Part shown: positions 58,190 through 64,000 of the stretch, piece by piece
How positions within the stretch are numbered: position 1 is the stretch's first letter
Layout of the letters: each line of letters starts with the position of its first letter
From: an uncultured archaeon
GTDB lineage: Archaea; Iainarchaeota; Iainarchaeia; Iainarchaeales; GCA-2688035
Direction of reading: 5' to 3'
Assembly (NCBI GenBank): GCA_964354805.1
Contig: CAYHBD010000030.1
Coordinates: 6,800 to 70,799 of the forward strand
Length of the DNA stretch: 64,000 nucleotides
Notes under the pieces: generated by a model
Told to the model about the DNA's origin: nothing
Seen by the model: the letters and a program-made list of their open reading frames with translations, nothing else
The model's database searches: none
Translations under genes and position numbers: made by a program

Positions 58190-59548
58190 TTATTTCTTTT
58201 TCTTTCTCAGTTCATCCAGTGCGATCCCCATTTCTTTTGCGAAGTTTTTTTCAAAAGAATCCAGTTCAGCCATTTTCCTGTCAACCAATGCAAGCTTCGC
58301 CCTAATCTGCGTCTCCAATGCAACCCTGCTTGCGCGCAACTCATCCAATTGCCCTGCAGCTTCCCTGCCCAAGCCGGCTGCGCTGCCCTGCAGTCTTTCC
58401 TCAATTTTTGCGGCAGCGTCTTTTGCCAGGCCTTCCGCAATCTCCGACTGCAGCTGCAGGGTCTTGTTCACCCTGTCATCCATAGTGCGCAATCTCTTGT
58501 TTGCCTCATCCAAAACGCGCTGCAGTTCGCTCTTTGCTTTAATCAGCTCCGCACCCATTTCAGCTGTAATGCGCTGCTTTGTTTGCTCCAAGTCGCGCAG
58601 CTTTTCCGTTAAAGCACTTTCCTGCTCTTTCCTCTGCTGCTTTTCCGAACGAATTTTTTCAATATCGCTTTCAATCTCTTTTGCCGTTGACCTCATGTCC
58701 CGCAGCTTCAATTCAATCATCTGGGCAAAAGCGTTTGCCTTTTGCTGCAGCTCTGTGTCAACCTTGCTTACCAGCAATGCCCTCTGGCTGTCAAACAAAA
58801 CCTTGATCTTGTCCAATTCCCGCTTTGTGGCCGCAGCAATCTTCGCATCCAAAATACTGTCCAGCTCCTTGCGCAACTGCCGCATTTCCTGCAGTTTGCT
58901 GCTGACTGTTGCAAGAATGCCTCGTTCCCACAGCTTGCTCAAATCCTGTTCTTGGCCGGCTGCTTTTGGTTTTGCAAAAATTGGCGCCCTGCGCTTTTCC
59001 TCTTTTGCAGCAGGCTTTTTTTGAACCAATTCTTTCGCTTTCACTGCAGGCACCTCTTCAGCTTCTTCCCATTCTGCTTCTCCAGCAGGCGTTTCCTCTT
59101 TCTCCCAGTCAGCTTGCATTTTTTCTTTCGCGCCCCAATCTTTTTCAGCAGGCACTTCTTTCTCTTCCTCTTCGTATCCAAGCCCGCGTATGATTTCGCC
59201 TGTTTCCTGTTTCTCTTCCTTAACGCGTTCAATTATCTGGTCAGCCAGTTGCTCTGTCGCCTTTTCTTTTTCAGTTGCAACTGGGCTTGGCTGCCCGACA
59301 GCAGGCATTGCTTTCCCTTCAACAGCCTTTTCAGGTTGTTTCTTTTCCTCTTTTCTTTTAAAAAAACCGAACAGGGGCTGCTTGTGTGGCTGCTCCGGTG
59401 CAGGGCTTTTCGCTTCCTTTATCAAAGTAAGCGCTTCCGGCTTGCTCACGCCGACAACAGCAAGGTTTTCAACTATTTCTTCCTCGCTTACATTCATTGA
59501 AAGCAGCTTTTTAATGCTATCAAGCAGTATCTCTTTTTTCGCTGGCAT
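58190..59548 (-). CDS. Hypothetical long coiled-coil protein, K/E-rich
   Basis: Start set at MPAKKEILLDSIKK. There is a central acidic region and a C-terminal 250 or so aa of heptad repeats. Confidence 0.5.
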   Translation of the reverse strand: MPAKKEILLDSIKKLLSMNVSEEEIVENLAVVGVSKPEALTLIKEAKSPAPEQPHKQPLFGFFKRKEEKKQPEKAVEGKAMPAVGQPSPVATEKEKATEQLADQIIERVKEEKQETGEIIRGLGYEEEEKEVPAEKDWGAKEKMQADWEKEETPAGEAEWEEAEEVPAVKAKELVQKKPAAKEEKRRAPIFAKPKAAGQEQDLSKLWERGILATVSSKLQEMRQLRKELDSILDAKIAAATKRELDKIKVLFDSQRALLVSKVDTELQQKANAFAQMIELKLRDMRSTAKEIESDIEKIRSEKQQRKEQESALTEKLRDLEQTKQRITAEMGAELIKAKSELQRVLDEANKRLRTMDDRVNKTLQLQSEIAEGLAKDAAAKIEERLQGSAAGLGREAAGQLDELRASRVALETQIRAKLALVDRKMAELDSFEKNFAKEMGIALDELRKKKK

Positions 59549-59659
59549 TGCGGTACTGAATATATTTAAAGTGAATAAAAAGCTATCCGCAATGGGAAAA
59601 TTGGGAAAAGCCAAGGCAGGTAAAACAATTAAAAGCTAAAACATGCAATAATTGTTTTT

Positions 59660-60430
59660 ATGCGTGGCAGGAAGGGCAGTAATTTGTTTTTGCCTGGCAG
59701 GAAGCCAAAGTTTGCTGGAAAGCGAACGAAGTGGGAGATTAAAAGAGCGAAGAGACCGGGAAAAAGAATTAGGCAGAGGAAACTGCCCTTGGTTGAACCG
59801 CTTATAATTGCGCCAGTGCAGGAAAGGCAGGCTGCTTTGAAGCAAGGGAAAATGGTTTTCTATGACGGGGCAAAGAGGATTGAATTGCCGCTCGTAACTT
59901 GCAGGCTGCTTACAACTCGTAGGGCGGGGGGTTTTGATGATGTGCAGAGATTGGCTGGCGTCTACAAAGTGCCCTCAAACGGAATTTTTACATTAAGGGC
60001 TGGACTCACACACTTGTGGGTTTACCAATTAGAACACATCAAGAAAGGCCTTGTTGAAAACCCGACATATGCTGGTTTTTTTTCAAAACTCTCGGATTTA
60101 GGCCACATGGATCTTCGCAGGTCGAACTTAATAGGCCGTGGGCTTGGCGTAAAGGGCGCTTCAAGGGCTGAAAGGCATCAGAGGGCACTGCACAAAGGAA
60201 AACACTCTTTCGAAATGCTTCCAAAATTTCAAAGAATATTCACAAAACTTGGGTATAAATATAGAGGCACGGTTCGACGCAAGTATGAGGTAAACCCCCT
60301 TTTCAAAATGAAGAAAACCGGCAAATTCCAGAAAAAAGACAACTTATCCGAATTTTACAGAATTGAAGCAATTGACCCAAAGAACGGAAAGGTAAGGATC
60401 TTTAGTTTTCCAATTAAAGAGAAAAAATAA
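59660..60430 (+). CDS. Hypothetical basic protein
   Basis: 256-aa ORF with a highly basic N-terminus. No motif recognised, and the start is uncertain. Confidence 0.35.
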   Translation: MRGRKGSNLFLPGRKPKFAGKRTKWEIKRAKRPGKRIRQRKLPLVEPLIIAPVQERQAALKQGKMVFYDGAKRIELPLVTCRLLTTRRAGGFDDVQRLAGVYKVPSNGIFTLRAGLTHLWVYQLEHIKKGLVENPTYAGFFSKLSDLGHMDLRRSNLIGRGLGVKGASRAERHQRALHKGKHSFEMLPKFQRIFTKLGYKYRGTVRRKYEVNPLFKMKKTGKFQKKDNLSEFYRIEAIDPKNGKVRIFSFPIKEKK

Positions 60431-60433
60431 AAT

Positions 60434-60505
60434 TGGACCCTTCGGGAATCGAACCCGAGGTCTCCACAATGCCAATGTGGCGTCTTACCACTCGACTAAG
60501 GGCCC
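60434..60505 (-). tRNA. tRNA-Ala (anticodon GGC), no intron
   Basis: Cloverleaf GGGCCCT-TA-GTCG-AGTGGTA-AGAC-G-CCACA-TTGGCAT-TGTGG-AGACC-TCGGG-TTCGATT-CCCGA-AGGGTCC-A. The G3:U70 wobble is the Ala identity pair. Confidence 0.9.
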
Positions 60506-60526
60506 ACTGTGTAATGAAAGTGTTGC

Positions 60527-60588
60527 AACACTTTGAACAATGAAACAATGTTTTTTTATTTCTTAGTTCAAAGTGTTGAGTAACTAAT
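60527..60588. promoter_or_regulatory. Palindrome and repeated arm between the Sm gene and tRNA-Ala
   Basis: AAAGTGTTG/CAACACTTTGAAC (60527-60548), then GTTCAAAGTGTTG (60576-60588), with a T-run between them. It may act as a terminator or a promoter element. Confidence 0.3.
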
Positions 60589-60622
60589 AAAAAAAGTTGT
60601 GATTAAGGGCAAGGTCAGCGGT

Positions 60623-60841
60623 TCAGCCGCTTATGAGTATTACGTTGTCTCCTCTTACCATCAGCTTGCCGTATTTTGTTTTGAGCTCGCCTTTCTCAAG
60701 CTCTTCTGCGTTCTCCAGAACAAGGTTCAGGTGCACATCGAATGCTTTCAGCGTTCCCCTGACTTTCGCGTCTCCCTTCAGCACAACGAGGACTTCTTTT
60801 CCGATTGATTCGCTCAGCATGTCAAATGGTCTGTTTGCCAT
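60623..60841 (-). CDS. Sm-like archaeal protein (SmAP/LSm)
   Basis: Sm1/Sm2 motifs: VLVVLKGDAKVRGTLKAFDVHLNLVLENAEE...MVRGDNVILI. Confidence 0.9.
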   Translation of the reverse strand: MANRPFDMLSESIGKEVLVVLKGDAKVRGTLKAFDVHLNLVLENAEELEKGELKTKYGKLMVRGDNVILISG

Positions 60842-60875
60842 ATTAAACTTACCTTTTTTTTGTTATTTTTTCAAG

Positions 60876-61730
60876 TTATTTTTTTGCAGCCCGTTTTTGC
60901 GCTTCTGTTTCTTTTTTTATTTCGGCTGCTTTTGGCGTCTTCTTGCCTCTTTTAAATAAGCCCGCCAATCTGCTTAAAAAGCCTTTCCTCTTTTCCTGGA
61001 CATAGAAGCTCTCTATTTTCACTCCCGCGATTTTTGCGGCAATTTTCCTTATTGCAATCGAAGCAGGCGAATTTGGCTTCCTCAAAATCACCGGCTGGAC
61101 TTTTTCCTGCATGAAGCTTCTCCTGACCTCGGGATCGAACGGAATCACCCCATAAACCGGCAGCTCCAGCATTTTCATTATGTCGTCGCTGCCTATTTCG
61201 CCCTTTTCGCCTGTGCTTAAATTTAGCACTACAGCAATCGGGTTGCTGCCCAAGCGCTGTGCTGTCAGCTTTATTTTCAGAACATCGGCAATGCTCGGGC
61301 TGTCGGCAACAGTCAGCAGCAGGATTTCATCCGCTGCCGCAAGCGCCGCCATAACGTTTTTTTCGATTCCGGCAGGCGCATCCAATAAAATGAAATCGTA
61401 TTTTTCCGCAACGCTCCTTACAACCGATTCCAGCCTTTCGCTGTCAACCCTCCTGTAGCTCTCCAGGCTCAGCCCGCTTGGAATAAAGTTTGAGCCGGCA
61501 GGCCCGTCATAAATGGCGTCCTCTATTGCGCTCTCCCCAAGCAATACATCATGCAGCGTTATCGGGCTGCTTTGCATTCCAAGCAGCAGGCTCAAGTTCG
61601 CCATTGCAATGTCGGCATCAACAAGCAGAACCCTTTTGCCCAGCTGGCTTAATGCAATGCCAAGGTTTGCTGTGAGCGTTGTTTTGCCCACTCCGCCTTT
61701 TCCGCTTGCAATCGTAATTATTCTGGCCAT
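60876..61730 (-). CDS. minD: MinD/ParA-family ATPase
   Basis: Deviant Walker A ASGKGGVGKTT, plus the DADI and LLDAPAG motifs. Confidence 0.85.
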   Translation of the reverse strand: MARIITIASGKGGVGKTTLTANLGIALSQLGKRVLLVDADIAMANLSLLLGMQSSPITLHDVLLGESAIEDAIYDGPAGSNFIPSGLSLESYRRVDSERLESVVRSVAEKYDFILLDAPAGIEKNVMAALAAADEILLLTVADSPSIADVLKIKLTAQRLGSNPIAVVLNLSTGEKGEIGSDDIMKMLELPVYGVIPFDPEVRRSFMQEKVQPVILRKPNSPASIAIRKIAAKIAGVKIESFYVQEKRKGFLSRLAGLFKRGKKTPKAAEIKKETEAQKRAAKK

Positions 61731-61825
61731 TTCAAACCCTTTGTTTAGTTAAAGATGTCCAAATGTTTTTTATTTAAAACCTTTCAAAGCATTGGCTGAT
61801 TTTTGCACCTGCCGGGTTTCATGCT

Positions 61826-62284
61826 TCAATTAAACTGTTTTTGCAGCACCTTTTCAATGTCCTTTGCAATCACCCTCAGCTCCAGTGTTGAAAGGCTGTT
61901 GTTTGCCTTAATTATTAACAATTTTCCGTTTGAGGGAAAAAGCATGTGCCATTGGTTGTTTCTTTTTACCGCGATTGCGTCCGGTTTTGAGGAATCGCTG
62001 CTTATGAATTTGAATAAATCCACTGCCCTCCCTGCATCTACTGCACCGTTGCCTTCGCTGCTGCAGACAAGCCTGTTGTTCAGCCGCACAACTGTTATGC
62101 TGTTCACTGCGTGCTTTCTCTTCAGGCATTCAAGCAGTTTTTTTGCGTCTTTTCCCGTCAATTCAATTTTTTCGCTCTGCAGCATGTCGTACAGCAGCCG
62201 CAGCTGCTCCCTTGGAACAGCTGTGTCGTCAACCGCAATTATTTTTGCGGCAAATCGCGTTGCAAGGTATGATAGTGGATTCAT
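61826..62284 (-). CDS. Hypothetical protein, possibly Roadblock/LC7-like
   Basis: 152 aa. The C-terminal alpha/beta pattern is only weakly suggestive. Confidence 0.3.
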   Translation of the reverse strand: MNPLSYLATRFAAKIIAVDDTAVPREQLRLLYDMLQSEKIELTGKDAKKLLECLKRKHAVNSITVVRLNNRLVCSSEGNGAVDAGRAVDLFKFISSDSSKPDAIAVKRNNQWHMLFPSNGKLLIIKANNSLSTLELRVIAKDIEKVLQKQFN

Positions 62285-62364
62285 TTAGCATCGCCTTGAA
62301 TTGAACATTTGCCTAACTGCATTGCTTGCCATAATTACATCTGCGTTCATTTCTACATTGCTCC

Positions 62365-62853
62365 TTAAATTGAACCAAGCCCGAATCGTTTTAAAACTTT
62401 TTCCTTATCCTCTGCCGGGCCTGCACTGCCATGCAGCACGTCGCGCACCAATTGGGGTCTGTATTCAGCAGGCAGCAGCCTGCCGAATGTCTGCATGTCA
62501 ACTGGCTGCAGCAGCTGTACTTTTTCATTGAATGCGATAATTAAATCAAGCTGCTGGCTTGACAATGCGTTTACATCAAACACGCCTTTTTTTGCTTTCA
62601 GCAGGTTCAATGAAAGCCTTAAGGCGTCCAATCCAAAAAAAACAGCGTCGAACTTAACTGCTTCAAAAATTGCGCCAATTACTGCATTGCCCCTGATAAG
62701 CAAAACGGCTTCCTCAATTCCAGCAGCGCCCTCGGCTGTTGCAACAACATAGCCGCTAAAGCCAGCGTTCAGCAGCTGGGCAATTCTCTCATCCGCCCTG
62801 CTTTCATCGAACGAAACCATCTGGGCAACCGCTTCTCCGACAGGAAGATTCAT
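62365..62853 (-). CDS. Hypothetical protein
   Basis: 162 aa, co-directional with the MinD-like gene. Confidence 0.3.
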   Translation of the reverse strand: MNLPVGEAVAQMVSFDESRADERIAQLLNAGFSGYVVATAEGAAGIEEAVLLIRGNAVIGAIFEAVKFDAVFFGLDALRLSLNLLKAKKGVFDVNALSSQQLDLIIAFNEKVQLLQPVDMQTFGRLLPAEYRPQLVRDVLHGSAGPAEDKEKVLKRFGLGSI

Positions 62854-62970
62854 GTTAAAAAAACACCTTGTTTAATTTGTTCAATTATTTGAAATTTTTT
62901 TCCGTTTTTTTAAAAAAATAATTAAATAACCCAATCCACTAATTTAATAATTGCTCAACAATTTTTTCCA

Positions 62971-63444
62971 TTAAGTTCCCAAAACGATTACAACGTCTGC
63001 GGTATTCTTCAACGCAGCAGCGCTTGCCTCTTCAGCCAGGACAACGATTGTTTCCTTTCCATACCTCTTTGCTTTTATTACTGCCGGCAGGAAATCGCAG
63101 TCCCTTGTAACAAAAGCAATTGTGTGAATTGTTTTGTTGAAGATTGCTTCAGCCGCATCAACAGCCATTGCAACATCAATGTCCCCAACAGTGATGACAG
63201 ACTCAAAGCCCTCGTTTACAACCGCTTCCACCAACTTGCTTGTAGCAAACTGGTTCAAAAAAACCTTTGCAACCTTCAGATTGCCGTATTTTTCCAACGC
63301 ACCCTTAATGTCCCGCAAGCCGATATCCAGTTCCTTCCGCAAAATGTTCGGGCCGTCGACAAAAACAGCTATGTTTTTCTCCTTTTTTTTCTTAATCGCA
63401 ACCCCAAGCCTTTTCTTTACCCTATCAAAAACCAAAACAAACAC
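62971..63444 (-). CDS. NYN/LabA-like (DUF88) domain protein
   Basis: IAVFVDGPNI start of the fold and the later FVTRDCDFLPAV motif. Confidence 0.6.
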   Translation of the reverse strand: MFVLVFDRVKKRLGVAIKKKKEKNIAVFVDGPNILRKELDIGLRDIKGALEKYGNLKVAKVFLNQFATSKLVEAVVNEGFESVITVGDIDVAMAVDAAEAIFNKTIHTIAFVTRDCDFLPAVIKAKRYGKETIVVLAEEASAAALKNTADVVIVLGT

Positions 63445-63580
63445 CTGCTGCCAGCTACAATCAGAGGATAAAATGGATTAACACAAAAGGATATTTAAAC
63501 CCAATTTTGGAGCAACAAAACGGAAAATAGCTTATTGGAAACAATTTATTCAACCAAAGCCAGGCAATTCAACCAAAAAG

Positions 63581-63590
63581 TTATTTAAAC
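63581..63590 (+). promoter_or_regulatory. TATA-like box upstream of aIF5A
   Basis: TTATTTAAAC about 38 nt upstream of ATG 63624. The same 15-mer, TATTTAAACCCAATT, also occurs at 63492. Confidence 0.3.
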
Positions 63591-63623
63591 CCAATTCACC
63601 TAATTAATTCAGGTTGATTTTTT

Positions 63624-64000
63624 ATGCCTGAAGGGGAAAAGCGGTTTGTTTCAGTAGGCAGCATAAAACCAGGCAGTTTTCTTTTAATAGACGGAGAAGC
63701 ATGCCAGGTCAAGAGCTTTGAGAAAAGCAAGCCTGGAAAGCACGGCGCTGCAAAAGCGAGAATTGTCGCATTCAATATTTTCACCGGCTCAAAAAAAGGA
63801 TTGCTTAAGCCCACTGGGTCAGAGGCAGAAGTGCCGATAATTGCCAGGAGCAGCGCCCAGGTTGTTGCAGTAATGGGAGACATTGTACAGATAATGGACC
63901 TGCAGAGCTATGAAACATTCGATCTGAAAAAGCCGCCTGAAATAGAAGGATTGGCAAGCGGTGTCGAAGTGGAATACATCAGGTGGGGCGACAGCGTAAA
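63624..64000 (+). CDS. eif5a: Translation initiation factor 5A (aIF5A), partial at the window end
   Basis: Absent from the ORF track because it has no stop in the window. MPEGEKRFVSVGSIKPGSFLLIDGEACQVKSFEKSKPGKHGAAKARIVAFNIF contains the hypusine-site motif KPGKHG. Confidence 0.85.
   Translation, partial: MPEGEKRFVSVGSIKPGSFLLIDGEACQVKSFEKSKPGKHGAAKARIVAFNIFTGSKKGLLKPTGSEAEVPIIARSSAQVVAVMGDIVQIMDLQSYETFDLKKPPEIEGLASGVEVEYIRWGDSV

Noticed and set aside
58155-59024. Plus-strand ORFs (289, 252 and 153 aa) overlapping the long coiled-coil gene.
   Set aside because: The low-complexity K/E-rich gene on the minus strand leaves its complement free of stops. The plus-strand products are S/F/L/C-rich and implausible.

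Overview
Gene-dense archaeal chromosome segment, about 90% coding and moderately AT-rich. The gene content is archaeal: the exosome/proteasome superoperon, Nop5-fibrillarin, aIF5A, L15e/L37Ae, an Sm protein, RNase P Pop5, archaeal-type GlyRS and BHB tRNA introns. The small genes with K/E-rich tails fit an uncultivated, possibly DPANN-like, lineage, but taxonomy cannot be fixed from sequence alone.

Main blocks:
- A DapL-type lysine pathway (lysA-dapF-dapL / dapB-dapA).
- A cluster of six type IV pilin-like genes (12.0-15.8 kb).
- GlyRS, Nop5 and fibrillarin.
- A class III ribonucleotide reductase island with ferredoxin, an FTR-like reductase and a glutaredoxin (23.5-29.6 kb).
- Extracytoplasmic thioredoxin-fold proteins.
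- A MacB/FtsX-type ABC transporter operon with a PadR regulator.
- A free-standing LAGLIDADG endonuclease.
- A V4R / KaiC-like ATPase / V4R trio.
- The exosome superoperon (47.8-54.5 kb).
- A MinD-like ATPase cluster.
- Four tRNAs, three of them with introns.

The most unusual signal is a dispersed family of short A/T-run hairpin repeats. The core is CCAAGGC-T(5-7)-loop-A(5-7)-GGCTT, with GCGAAG / GCGAAAAAGG flanks. These repeats make up most of three tRNA introns. They also sit in frame, without stops, inside at least five protein-coding genes. In two pilin genes they fall exactly at the KG|Q cleavage motif of the leader peptide.

A second notable feature is nrdD. A 118-nt insertion splits it so that the glycyl-radical peptide is a separate 49-codon ORF with its own Shine-Dalgarno sequence. 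No rRNA, CRISPR array or classical IS element was seen.
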